Positions 1 through 12,723 of a DNA stretch of 64,000 nucleotides are shown here, in pieces. The notes beneath the pieces are model-generated. The model made no database searches. It saw only the letters and a program-made list of their open reading frames with translations, and was not told the origin of the DNA. The stretch is taken from the NCBI GenBank assembly GCA_013239625.1, contig MU053934.1:7585352-7649351 (forward strand). The letters are read 5' to 3'. Position 1 is the stretch's first letter. Each line of letters starts with the position of its first letter. Origin of the DNA: Lama guanicoe. Taxonomy: Eukaryota. The position numbers and the translations under genes are program-made.

Positions 1-2345
1 ACACATTGCTGAGTTGGTGTGAAAGTGGGGAAATGATGGATCTTCGGAATGAAGTGGAGGTGGTGGGAGCCTTTGACCTTGTTTCCATAGCCGCGTGAGA
101 GGCAAAGAACAGGAGCTAAACGCCAGGCGCCACTCAAGGGGGACATCTACCGGGGGACGCGCCTGCGCTTCAAAGTGTGAGTTCAGAGGTCTACGTCCGG
201 GTGTAAGGAGAGAACGAGAAGCGAGTCTCACCCTGTAGAAGAGACAGAGAGGAAGCCTTCCTGTTCTGACCTTGACAGTGGGTTGAGAGAGAGAAAAATC
301 TCCCTCGAGACTTTGTAATCACAAGCTGGCCCTCACATACTTTTCAGTGTAAATTCACTCTACTTGTGTGGTTCAAACAAACTCAAGTGGGGAATTTGAA
401 GTGGCCCCTGCTTGGTCATACCCCGAGTCAACTGGCCGAAACTACCCTGTGACTCCCTTGAAGAATCTGGCTACATGTCAGCCTTGTAGAACGTCCACAA
501 ATGCAGTTCCAAGGAAAGAGAGAAGCTCAGAGTGAAAAAAAATAATAACCTTCCCAGGGAGAAAAAAGAGAACCAGCAGAAACAAGGGACAGTAGAAATG
601 GATCCTTTAAAATGTGAAATGATCGTATGCAAACTACAGACAAGTTTAAAGAAATATTTTTGTGTTTCTAAAGAAATCAAAGAGGAATTTGGAAACATGA
701 ACAGGGAATCAGAGACTGTGGTGAATAGCCAGATTTGAAAAAGAACCCAAGAAAATGGCAGAAATGAGACATACAAGATTTGTAATCTGAAACTCAATGG
801 ACAGACTGAACAGTAGACTAGATACAGCCAAAGAGAGGATTAACAAACTAATGGAGACACCAGGAATCACCCAGAAGAGCAGGGTGAGAGGGCCTAGGGT
901 ACCTCTATTCAGAGTTCTAGAAGATAATGGAAAGGAGGAATAGGCAATATACGAGGAGATAATGGCTTGTAGTCTTTAAAATTGTTGTCGATACCATACC
1001 TCAGATCCAGGAAGCCCAGTGAATCCAAAGTAAGGTAAAGCAAAAGAAATCTACATCCAGACACATGACAGTAAAACTGTGGGACGTCAAAGAAAAAGAG
1101 GAGATGCTAAGAGCATCAGAGAAAAAGAGATGATCTCTGAAGGATTTACAGCTGACTTCCCACCATCATCAATGGAAGCCAGAAGACGGTGGCATTGTAT
1201 CTTCAATGTACTGAAAAGAAAATGGCCATCAGCTTAGAGCTCTATGCTAGCCTTCAAGAGTGAGGGAGAAATCAAGACATATGCAGACAAATAAAAACTG
1301 TGAGAGTGTACCACCAAGAGACCTCACTAAAGAAAAGTCTAAGTGTAATGTACTTCAGGCAGAATAAAAATTATTCCAGAGGAAAGATCAGATACATAAG
1401 AAGGAAAAAATGTGCAAAAAAAATTGGCAAATATTTGGAGAGAAACTATATAAAAAAAAAGGAAGAACTGGATGGCTTCACAATAATATCTAATTTATGG
1501 TAGGAAAAAAATAGGCTGGTACTGAAATACTAAACAACACCATATAATTTTGGAAGGGATGGTCAAAGTGAAAGTTTTCAAATTCCTTGAATTACTCGAG
1601 GAGAGGGCAAATGTATTGATTAAGTTTAGAGTTAGTTGAGTGCTCAGTGTTCAAACGGCTAGGGTAGGCATGAAATAATTGACACAGCCTGTATACTTTC
1701 TAAACAATTAAAAGGAAAAATGAGGATAAGAAAAAGAAGATAAAAACCCCAAATGAGTGAAAGGAAGGTAAGTAATGGGGCTGAGGGCAGGAAAGGTTAG
1801 AGTGAATAGAAAATTAGACTATAGAGATTAACCTTGATATTAACTAATATCAACTATTAGTAATACATGTAAAAGGACCAGACGCTTCAGTTCAAAGAAG
1901 ACTGTCAGCCTGGATTTTAAGAAACATCTAGATTCTGTTCTGTTACAGGAGATACAGCTGAAACATAAGGACCCAGAAATGCTGAAAGTCCAAGGATAGA
2001 AAAACACACTAGGCAAACACTAACTCACGGAGAGCTGCTGCGGCTGTATGCAGAAGGGAAGACAGACTTTCAGGAAGAAAAGCCTTATTAGAGATCAGAT
2101 GGTCAGTAGATAATGATGGAAGGCTCAACTTGCCAGGAAGCTCAGCAACTCTCAGTGCATACAGAATTAATATCATAGCCGCAAAAAAAAAATGGAGGAA
2201 ACAGGGAGGACAGACATGCTCGTCGCATGATGGGGTGTTTTTTTAGGCTGTCTCTGAAGATGCAGGAAATTTGAGGAATTTCAAGCATGTGTAGAACGTT
2301 TAGAAGACTATAAAGCTAACCTCAACCAGCTTCAAAGATCAGGGT

Positions 2346-2780
2346 TGTCGTTCACATCTCCTGGGAACTTGACTCTGAGATGGAGATTAGGGGGCAGGAG
2401 GCTTTTTAGGGGCCATTCTTGGGATCGGTACCAGTGAACGGAGGGAAGAAGCAGGTTTGTACGGCAGGAGACGTGGAGCTGCAGCGTGGTATCAATGGGA
2501 GCCTTGGCCAGTTCCATGGGGAGCCCTGCAGCTGGGATGGTCCTTCAGAGTTCCAGCCGTGGGGTAAGGGCCCCGGCCTTTAAACGCCTACACTGAGTGG
2601 ATGAAGGCTGCTCCCTGAAGGCGGCATGACCTTGGCCGGACAAGGAAATTCCTTTCGTCCACGCAACCCCCAAAGGCTAACAGCTGAGGGCTGCCTTCTG
2701 GGCAGCTCTCTGAGCATCTGGGGGAGTAATTCCTTCATTCTCTCAGGGAGATCTGAGCTGAAGCCACAGCATCTGGCACA
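2346..2780 (-). mobile_element. Solo ERVL LTR, LTR16A-like, inserted into the old L1
   Basis: GC-richer block that breaks the A-rich L1. Its reverse complement starts TGTGCCAGATGCTGTGG...CAGATCTCCC and ends in ...CGACA, matching my recollection of the LTR16A consensus. Confidence 0.7.
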
Positions 2781-3958
2781 ATTTGTATACAGACTCTGTG
2801 TCCTGATCACAGTCCAGATAAGTTGGAAGTGGATAACCAAAAAGATACCTAGTAAAAGCTCATACTTTCGGAAACTTGAAAACAGACACTTAAATGACTC
2901 ACAGGCCAAACAAGAAATCATAACCAAAATAAGAAAATTCTTAGTACTGACCAATAACAAAAGTATCTGTGTCAAGACTTGCGAGATGCCTCCAAAGCAG
3001 TATTTGGACAAGTGCTTATAGCCTTAAATGCTTGTAGTAATAAATAAACGGTGAAACTTAATAAGCTAAGCACCTAACTTAAAGAGTTAGAACAAGAATG
3101 GTAGAACAAACCCAAAGGCAGTGGAAGAAATCAAATGATTATAAGCCTAGAAATTAATGAAATAGAAAACAGAGAGGAGGATTACTGAACACAAGAGATG
3201 AGTCTTTAAAAAGAATAAAAACATTAGACAAACCTCTTACAAGACTGAATCAGATAAAAGCGAAAGCACAAATGATCAGTGTTGAGAATACAAGAAAGGG
3301 CATCGTTAGAGATGAGCACAGACTAAATGGATGACACAAAAATATAATAAATGACCTTATTTACTAGAGCTGTTCAATGATATTGACAAATTCCTGGGAA
3401 AATACAACTCATCAAAATTGACTCAAGAAGTAATAGGAAACCTGAATGGTCCCGTAATTACTAAATAAACTAGGTTAGTAGTTTAAAATCTTCCTATACA
3501 GAAAACACCAGTTTTCAATGGCTTTCCAGGTAAATGCTGCTAAACACTCAAAAAACAGACCTTTTCAAGCTTACCCAAATTTCTACTCCAGAGTGGAGAA
3601 ACATCATCAACACCCTTTCAACTTACTTCATCAGATTAGCATATGCTTGATAGTCAAAGACAGTAGGCTAAAGAGAAATTTCAAGTTAATTTCACTCACA
3701 GATCCAAAAACTCTTTTAAAATGTTGGCGTAGTGAATTTGGCTGTAATAATTGAAAAATAGAGTACCCCATGTTTAAGTTGTGTTTATCTTATGAAGGTA
3801 AGGTTGGCTTATTACTAGGAAAGTAATTAACATAATTCACATGAACAGTTTAAAGGAAAAAATAAATGATTATTTCATTAGATGCAAAAATTATTCAATG
3901 AAAGTTAACATTCATTCATTACAAAAATTTTTTCAAACCAGGAATTGAAAGGAATGTC

Positions 3959-4133
3959 TCTTGGGGAATATAGTCAATATTTTATAATAACTATAAATGG
4001 AATATAACCTTTAAAAATTGTGACTCTCCATATTGTATACTTGTAGCATATAATATTGTACATCCACTATACTTCAATTTAAAAGATGTGATATTGTAAA
4101 ATAAATATATAAATAAATAAAGTTGAAAAAAAA
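3959..4133 (+). mobile_element. 5'-truncated L1 3' end nested in the older L1
   Basis: Typical L1 3'-terminal sequence with an A-rich tail. Flanked by a 12-nt target-site duplication: gaaaggaatgtc (3947-3958) and gaaagaaatgtc (4134-4145). Confidence 0.8.
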
Positions 4134-6477
4134 GAAAGAAATGTCCTTAACTCGATAAAGGGAAATAAGTATAGATATAAATGACATCATACATAATAAT
4201 GAAATAAAGAAAGTATTACCCTTAAGATCAGAAACAAATCTGTGATGCCAATTCTTTTCAACATTGAGTTAGGTTCTAGACAGGGTTATGATGCAAGAAA
4301 AATAAACAAAAAGCATAAAGATTGAAAGGAAGAAATAAAACGACTATACACAGATAATACGATCATCTTCGCAGAAAATCCAAAAGTATCCACCAACAAA
4401 TTATTAGAATTGCAATTGCAAAATCACTTGTTTTGCGATTTTGTTCAAGTTCGAAAGCACAAAAAAGCCAGTTGCATTTTTCTACACCATCAGCTATCCC
4501 AGTTAGAAAAAATAATCTAAGAAGGTAACATTTAGCAATAGTAAAAAATATAGATGTATGCTACCTAGGAATTAATCTGGCAAAGGATGTGATAACTCCT
4601 TTTGGAGAAAATTGTAAACTGTATGGTAAGAATCAAAGAAAATCTAAATAAATGCAGAGATATCTCAGGTTTGTGGCTAAGAAGACTCAATATTTTAAAG
4701 ACTCAATTCTCTCCAAATTAGTATATGCAGATCCAATGCGATTTTGATCAAAATCCTAAGAAAATTTGTCCTAGTATTGAAAAGCTGATTAAAAATGTAT
4801 GCAGAAGCAAAAATGCCTAGGAGTAGCCCAGACTTTCCTGAAGATGAAAAACAAGGGAAAGACTGTGTCAGATTTCACAACACCAAGTTGTAAAAATTAA
4901 GAGAGTTGAGGTATTGTTACACAGACAAATAGGCCAATGTAAATGTGGAGCCTGGAACAAAGCCATGCATCTGTGGAAACTTGATTTAAGGCACTGAGGT
5001 CTCAGATCCTAGAGAAATGGCACTGGGACCATCTGGTCTCCACGGCAACAGAAATGTAACTGGATCCCTGCCTCACACCGTATCAGGTCTGATGTGTGAC
5101 ACTAACATACAACAGGCAACTTAGACAAGAAGACAATAAATAGAACATAATATCTTTATGATGTTGAATAGAAAAGTAAAGGAAAAGTTTATATATTTGA
5201 CTACATTAATATCAAGATTTTTTTTTAAAAACAAAAGATGATAAATAGATTGAAAAGACAAGACATGTAGTTGAAGGTGCTTACAACATATGTAACAAAG
5301 GGTCATTATCCAGTATACATCCAGAATTCCTGAGAACCAATCAGAAAAAGGAAACAACCCAATGGGAAAATGAGCTCACAGTGAAGGGGAGAGCAAGCAT
5401 CGCTGGGCTAGGAGCCAGGCCACGTGAGTTCTAGCCCCGGCACCAGAATTTTGTTTGCTGTGTGCCCTTGGCTGCCTTGCTTGGCTTCTCTGAGCCCCGG
5501 TGTTCTCATCTGTAGCCTGCGTCTCACTGCTATGGGGCTGAGAGGATCCCCCTCCTAGCCTTGGGCTGTGGGGCAGCATGTAGTTCTGCCATCGTCCGTC
5601 CATCTCCTTACCTGACACCCGAGCCACGATCAGGTCCAGGTCTTAGACTCCTGGCTGAGCCTTGGAGACGATGGACACTGAGTTTCCCCGATCCAGGGCC
5701 AGCAAAGGGACGTCTCAGAACTCCCAGAAGAGTGTAGTACTTGTGGCCTGGAAGACCCTGGCTGGACCCTACAGGCCAGCCTCAAGCCCCGGTGGTAGGA
5801 TGTGGGGACTTGGTGGCGGCAGTTGCTGTAGGATCCATCCCCCCACCCCTGCAGAGCTCCCCTGGGGGCTAGGATGCGGCAGAAGGGCTATAGCCATAGG
5901 AAGCCAGCTCTTCCTTCTCACTTACAGTGAATGCCCCCTTTTGGGGGGGAGAGGACCCAAACTGGCCTGGAGCCCAGAGTATATGAGGGGTCAGGGCAGG
6001 GTGCCAGGCCTGCAATGAGCTGGAGCAGAGGGAGACTCCTGCAGTGATGGTGGTGGGGGTTGGGGTGGCAGGAGAAGGTTCTGGGCCAGGGAGGCTGCCC
6101 CTCAGGACTACCAGGGTGACTTGCCTGTGAGCACACCTAGCGGCACTGAACTGTGGGCGCTTCCCTGGCCACTGCTGTCCTGGTCCCTCTGCCTGGATCG
6201 TGGAACACCTGTGCCTGCCCCCTGTTCAGGTTGGGGGTCTGCTCAAGTGTCCCTCCATGCCAGTATTAGCCACACTCTGCTACCAACCCTGTGTGCATGT
6301 CTGTCCCCGCCCCTCCAAGACCCAAGCTGTAGGAGGATGGAAGGTCACTGGTCCAGCTTGGTCCCTGGGATGTCCCTGCAGCTCAGGGACTTGTCCAGAG
6401 GGGTGCTGGGAGTGCTCACTGACTGTGTGTGTGTAAGCAAGCCATGGCTTCTCCCTCCTCTAAAGGCTCCCAGCAGT

Positions 6478-6628
6478 AGCCCAGGGGACGTTTCACAATG
6501 TCTGGAGATGCTTTCAGCTGTCATAACCTGGGGGTGCTGCTGACATCCTCCCATGTGCAGGGCAGCCCCCGGACAAGTAGGGCTTGTCTGATGCAAAATG
6601 TCAGCGGGGCTGAGGTTGAGAAACCCTG
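6478..6628 (+). mobile_element. MER20 (hAT-Charlie) remnant with an internal deletion
   Basis: ccccaggggacgtttcacaatgtctggagatgc...aaaatgtcagcggggctgaggttgagaaaccctg matches the MER20 consensus body and terminal repeat. Confidence 0.85.
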
Positions 6629-6744
6629 CCTTGCAGGGCACGGCTGCCAGGGAGCCCCCTTGGCCTCAAATGCAGATGCCTTCTGAAGCCCAACAGCCAC
6701 AAATATAAATATGTTGGGGGAGGGACAGTGGTGTCGAAGGGGAC

Positions 6745-6905
6745 GAAGCTGCCCAGACCGGCAGGGACTGGTGGGCACCCACCCAGGGCTGCTCAATTTT
6801 CTGGTTTTCAAGAAAGCCTAAAACTCCGGATTTGGGCATGAAATCTGATTTCTAAATGCTGGCAACTAGCTGTAATTTTTAAAAACTCGTATACTGAACA
6901 GAACT
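6745..6905. mobile_element. MER102-like hAT remnant
   Basis: ttttcaagaaagcc...tccggatttgggcatgaaatctgatttctaaatgctggcaacta. A related copy in the opposite orientation lies at ~40575-40775. Confidence 0.55.
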
Positions 6906-9304
6906 TATAGTTCTTCCTCTGTGCTTGGCCCTGCCACCCTCCTAGGGCCCCCTTCCCTCCTGGTGGTGGGTCCCAGGTCAGCAGCGATCCCAGCGCGGCC
7001 CTGTGATGGCCAGGACGCTGCTGCCCCCCTGTGGCTGCAATGGGGAGGTGCCACCTGTGATGTGGATCAGGGGGTCTGTGATTTTCCACAAGGACCGGGG
7101 TGCGGGGTTCGGGGTCCAGGCTGCTCCTCTAGTGAGTTAAGGCTCTCGGAGACTAGGGTTTCATTCCAGAGCTGCCTAGTGTGCATCCCGTGCTGCCCCA
7201 GCACAGTGCGACGCTGGGAATAGCCCTCTTTAGGCCTCTGTTTCCTCAGCTGAAAAAAATGGAGATGGAAGCAGGGGTTTCGTGAGGGTTAAGTGAGATA
7301 ATGGATGTAAAAGGGCCAAGTGTTGGCAAGGGGATTGGTGTGTGCACAGCCAGCGCTCTTCATTCCGCATCTGGAGAGGCTGACACGGGCTGCCTGGGCA
7401 ACGCTCTCCGTCAGGACCAATCATCGTGAGCGCCAACGACGCCCCAGCGCTCTGCCCTCCGGGTACAGGGTCGTCTCCGCGGATCCTTCCGCCGTCTAGA
7501 AGGCAGGCACTGGCATCAGCCTCCTTGGTCGAGGATGAGGTGGAACACCAAGGGACGAGGTAGATAACTGCCCCAAGGGCACCTACAAACAGCAGCGCAG
7601 GATCAGGAGTTCCAGCCGGCCCCTCTTCCACTACGTTTGCAGAGAAGGGCATGGCTTACCTCCAGGCGGCCTTCGATGCCAGCTCCAGGACTGGCTGCAG
7701 ACATCCGCAGGGGCCAAAACTCGGAGAGGGAGGGGGAGAGCACCCTCCCGTCGCCAGGGTCTGGTGCACAGAGCCCTCCCAGCGGCCAGGGGGTTGCATC
7801 ACTGTCCCGAAGGGAGGCAGTCCTGTCCTGGCTGCAGCATCCCTGAGCTGCCCTGCGGCCAGGGAGTCCTGTTTGCCTTCGCAGTCTCCAAACCATCTGG
7901 GCTTTTGTCTCCTGAAGACAAGCCACCTCGGGGAAACTGACCGCAGCACCACCGAGGGGTGCTTCTCTGCAGTCCCTGGTGAGGGGAGGCAGGCGAAGAG
8001 GATTGTAATACTGCAGATCAGCCTAGGTCTTTAGAGTGTCTAGTCTGACCTCCCACTGGGCCGGAGGGGAGCCAAGGCGGGGGAGGAGACAGTAATTCCC
8101 AGGTGGCCCAGCGACCGACAGCACCTTTTCTCTCCTGAGTGATGCTGGGCTCATTCGATGAAAAGGGGCTGGGTAGAGGTGGGGAAGACGGTCTCTGGCA
8201 GATGGCGTTTGAGGGCTCGATGTTCCATCTGCTCGTCCCTTTTTAGATGGGAGAAGAGCAGCTCCTGTAGGGGACATGACCTAACTCCTAGTGATGCAGA
8301 AGCCCACTGAAAGCAGCCTCTGGAGACACAGCTGCTCCCTGCAGCCGTTAGGGAAGGCGTTGGGGGCTGGGTCTGCCGGGGACCCTGCACCCTGCCACCT
8401 CCTGGTGCCTGGCAGACCTGACGCCCTGCCTGAGCTTCATCTCCTCCTGCTGTGTGACATTGGGGGAGCCTCTCCACCTCTCTGAGCCTCATCTGTAAAA
8501 TATTTATCACATCTTTCCTACCTTGCAGACCTGGCGGGAGGGCAGCTGAAGCAATATTGCACTCTCTCCTTCCTCATTAAATATGATTATGCTTGTAATT
8601 AAATGGCTCCTGAGTAATGAGTTGTTTAATCTCTGCCTCCCACCCTCAGAGCCCACAGGAACCATGACTATCTTGTTGATCACCATGTCATCAGTGTCTA
8701 GCACAGGTTCTAGCCCCTGGTACACGTTTGGGGAGTTAATGAAGATTTATAGTGACACATCTCTGACGTGTAAAAACGTCACGTCTATGAAAAGCACATG
8801 GAGCAGCTGTTTGGAGAAACTTGTGGGGAGGAGGATGGTGCGCCCCTTCCCCAACCCCCAGTGGGAGCCGAAGACACACCTGCCCAGGGCTGAGCCCCGC
8901 CTCCTCCTGAAAGACCAAGGCGGTAAGTGGGCACCAGACGCACTTCTCACCTGTCCCCAGCAGGTGGCGCCAGCCCCTGCTCGCGGGCCAGCGGAGGTCC
9001 CCGGCTTGCGGTGGGTTGTTGGGGAGCCCTGTTCAGTGTATTCATTTTGGGGAAGGCTCTGCTCACAGTTCCATGCATGGAGAAGAGGACTTTTGCCCGT
9101 TCTTCCAGACCCAGTTCAGGGGCAGCTCCAGGTTGAAGTCACCCTTCCTCCGTGCCCAGCCCAGGGTCTGCCTGGGGAAGGTGCTCGAATGTTGTGACCT
9201 GAGTGTGGAATGAGGCAGGTCAGAAAGGAGGGCTCTGTGCTGGGGAAGAAGGGAGGGGACCGGGGCCCCACGTTTCACTTGTGTCAGTAGGTAATATGTG
9301 AACA

Positions 9305-9390
9305 TAAAATAAATAGAAGAGAAGAAGAAAGGAAGGAGGGGAGAGGGGTGGGGAGAAGGGAGGAAGAAAAAGAAAGGAGGGAAGGAATCC
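9305..9390 (+). repeat. Purine-rich (GA) low-complexity tract
   Basis: aagagaagaagaaaggaaggaggggagaggggtggggagaagggaggaagaaaaagaaaggagggaagg. Confidence 0.85.
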
Positions 9391-10599
9391 AAACAGTACG
9401 GAAGGGCATAAAGTGAAAATGAGCTCTTTCTGTCCCCCACTGCCACCCCTGGTTCTCCACCCTAGACACCTGCTGTGGTTTTGGCTTCTTGAACATTCTT
9501 TCAGAGACATCTCCAAAGGGATATGAATATGTTTGTGTGCGTGTGTGTATGTGTGTGTAGGGGGGACACACAGAGCCACACTGCATGGGAAGAAAAACCC
9601 CTTAGCCAGAAAGATTTGGGTCCAACTGGAGCTGGCAGGGTTTTTGGATGGTTTGTGGGGGTGGGGGTGGGGAGGAGGATACTTCAGGGTACTTCCGAAT
9701 ACAAGCACCCTTCATGGAGCGCAGTGTTTTGTAGTTTGCAAAGCACCCCCCTTTTAATTTCACACTTGATATTGGGTTTGGGGCCCCCAACAGCTCAGGT
9801 TGGAGAGTATTACAACTTCCCCATCTTATGGTTGGAGACCAAGGCCAGAGGGTGGAGGGGCAGCTCCATGCCACACAGTGGGTGACAGAGACTGGGGTGC
9901 AGAGCTGGGTATCCGGGCTGCTCCCCCACACCCAGGGATTTTTTTTTTTCAGGTCTAGTTAGGGAAAGGCCAGAGGACTTGGGGACTCTGAACTGTGTGA
10001 CAGCTGCCCAGTGATGGGGACAGGTGGGCACCAAACCAGCTGGCCTTGCCCCAGCCCTTCCAATGCAGTGGCTCCTAAAGCCAGTTAGAGACCAGCCTTC
10101 AGAACACTTTCCTGTTCTCCCTCCTCCTCCGCCCCCACTTCCCCCCTTGTCAGGAATCTGTAAGTGGAGTGGAGAGCGGGTTATAATTGCCCCCCGTGGA
10201 ACTCACCTGCCATGAAAGGGTGTTAAATAACACACAATTTACATGTCTTCCCTGTAGGAAATGAGAAAATCAGAGCTTTCAAATTAGGAATAGATTTTTC
10301 TAATTGAATCTATTTCCCGTACGGCAGGTGAAATGAGAAACGACCAGGTAGTTCAGTTTCCCCGGCAAATGGACCACCAGACAATTGAAGGAATTAAATG
10401 CTTATTAAAGGTGCAGGTAAAATTGATATTATGTTTCTGGGAAATATGTCTGCAGAATGATACTGTAGGTGCATTTGTGTCCACATCATCCCTTTTGTGA
10501 AAAGATAGAGAGGGTCTGTACCCACGGAGGAAAAGTGCGCGGACGAGGGACAGAGCTGGGAGGAAACCGGGTAGTTCCCCTAGCACGCAGCCTCGCCGT

Positions 10600-10740
10600 C
10601 ATGTTCACCTCTCCGAGCCTGTTCTTTAAATCTGTAAATGGTAACTATAAGATGGTTGTGGTGAATATGAGGAATAAATAAGACAAGGCATGGAAAGCAC
10701 TTAAAATTGTGCCTGCCACATAGTAGATGCTCAAGAAAAT
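10600..10740 (+). mobile_element. MIR SINE
   Basis: MIR core: acctctccgagcctgttc...atctgtaaatgg...aaagcacttaaaattgtgcctgccacatagtagatgctcaa. Confidence 0.75.
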
Positions 10741-10791
10741 AAGTATGTCTTACTGCTGTTACTGCTTTTTATCACTGTTATGTTTGCCTGG

Positions 10792-11000
10792 CGTATTAGT
10801 GGTTTATAACAAACCACTGCAATAGCCAGTGGCTTAAAGCAACACACATTTACTGCTTCATGGTTTCTGCGGTCAGGCATCTGGGTAGAGCTTAGCGGGG
10901 TCCTCCTAGCTCCAGGGGCTCTCACAGGCTACAGTCAGGGTGTCAGTCCAGCACCTGCAGTCTCACCTGAAGGTTCAGCCGGGGACAGATTACCGTTTGT
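10792..11000 (-). mobile_element. MLT1 (MaLR) LTR fragment
   Basis: gtattag...ataacaaaccac...agtggcttaaagcaacacacattta...ggtcaggcatctgggtagagcttagc, characteristic of MLT1 LTRs. Confidence 0.75.
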
Positions 11001-11599
11001 CCATTTCCTCCGTGAAGATACTGGCCAGGGTGAGGGAGTCCCGGCTCCAAAGCCACACAGCGAGGAGGTTTCAGGCCCAGGTCTGTCTGTCTCTCTGTGT
11101 CCCCAAGGCCTGCTCAGGCACATGGCCTCTTGCCCCAGTCTTCCCTCAGGACCCCTTCTTAAGGATTAACCCTCCCCTCCATTATTCTCTTTGATGAAAA
11201 GCACCCTTGTCTTTCCCTGGAAACTCCCTCAGGAAGGGCTTCACTCTCCTCTGGCCCATTGTCCCTGGCCACAGCCTCCAGGCTTTCCCAACCTGGGCTT
11301 GGCCATCCCCCGGGGCCCCCCATTCCCACCTCCTCCCTCCTGGGCCCCATCTCAGGAGGCCCCTGGTGAGGTCATCCCTGTGTCAACAGGAGCCGCACAA
11401 TAGGGTCGGGGCTGTCTTTCTGCTGAAGAGGGAGACTCAGGCTGGGGGAGAGAGGCAGGAGGCGCAATTACAGGTTCCACAATGAGGGCTGTCAAGGGGC
11501 CTCTGCCAATTAGAGCTGCTTCCGGATGAGCTGGGGAGACGAGGACGGGGAGGGCTCAGCAGGCCAGGCAGGGCCCAGGAGGACCAGGCCAGGTAGGTC

Positions 11600-12085
11600 C
11601 CGACATTCATTGTTCATTCACTCACCATTCTTTCTTGTTAATACTGTCTGAGCACCTACTGTGTGCCAGGCAGGCACAGTGCTAAACACCAGGGACACAG
11701 CTGTGACCCAGCAGGTGAGGCTGGGCTCTGATGGAGCAAACACTGGTGGGTGAGACAGATAAGAAACACAGAAACACGTGTGACAGATAAACATGCATCA
11801 CACTTTCAAAGAGAGTCAAGCACCACAAGGAGATAAAACAGCAGGAAGTCCCAGAGAGGCAGGGGTGTGGGTAGGGCAGAGGGAACAACAGGGTTGAGGT
11901 GATCAGGGTAGGCTTCCTGGAGGAGATGACATTTGAGCTGAGACCTGGAAAGCAAGACATGGCTAGCCATAACTCAACTGGAGGATAAATGTTCCAGGCA
12001 GAAGACAGAACAGTAAGTGCAAAGGCCCTGGGGCAGGAACACGCCTGGTATGGCAGGAGTTGGGTGGGGACCTAGAAGAAAGGAA
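11600..12085 (-). mobile_element. L2 LINE 3' fragment
   Basis: cattcatt...ctgagcacctactgtgtgccagg...ggcttcctggaggagatgacatttgagctgagacctgga...tgcaaaggccctggggcagga. Confidence 0.85.
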
Positions 12086-12087
12086 GG

Positions 12088-12280
12088 CTGTGGTGTCGTG
12101 GAGATGGTGCGTGTCAGCTCCCAAGGGCCACCTGTACACAGCTGTTCCATCTCGTGTGTGTGAGTTGGTGGCTTGAAATGGATCCTTGTGGGAGCATTTA
12201 CACCATGGAAACCAGCAAATGCTGCACATCAGCACTCTTCCCCTGTAAGATGCCTGTTAAAGGTTGACCAGCACCCGCTG
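12088..12280 (+). mobile_element. MER63-like (hAT-Blackjack) MITE
   Basis: Degenerate termini (ctgtggtgtcgtgg ... ccagcacccgctg) and the internal motif ggtggcttgaaat...gtgggagcatttacaccatggaaa. Confidence 0.65.
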
Positions 12281-12675
12281 GGGTTGTGCACAGGGGCTCT
12301 GCGTACTGTCAAGGAGCGTCAGGATTTTATTCCCAGGTATTTATCTGATAGCCATCCCTGGCAGCCAGCCAGACGGCTTTCTCGTTGCATTAGAGGAAGG
12401 CTGAGGCCCAGAAAGGGGAATGACCCACCCATGGTCACCACTGCACTAGCTCCCTGGCCGCAGGCTGTGGGGCGCCCCTGGCTTCTGAGGTTTTTCTCTT
12501 CTAGGATCTCAGAACCTCACCCCCCTCCCATCTGAACCCAAGCCTCTCCAGGGACTCTCAGGAGCCTGTGTTTCTGGGCCTCTCTGGCCCAGGGGATCCA
12601 GGCATATGCATGGCCTCGCGGTATCCTAGGCACTTAGCCACTTGACCCTCTGTCTTCCCCACCAGCGGAGGGAAT

Positions 12676-12678
<3 letters not shown>

Positions 12679-12709
<31 letters not shown>

Positions 12710-12723
12710 AGAGAGAGAGAGAG
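12679..12723. repeat. Compound microsatellite (GT)14 AT (GA)7
   Basis: Read directly from the sequence. Confidence 0.95.

Larger units (their letters stand above)
1..5380 (+). mobile_element. Ancient, heavily decayed near-full-length LINE-1 (L1M-type) with ORF1 and ORF2 remnants, interrupted by younger insertions
   Basis: A-rich + strand. ORF1-like remnants at ~1000-1290 (PQIQEAQ..., MEARR.W..IFNVLK, FKSEGEIKT). Endonuclease-start-like sequence at ~1845-2050. Degenerate RT 'FADDMI'-like segment at ~4345-4380 (YTDNTIIFAENP). Many stops and frameshifts. Confidence 0.9.
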
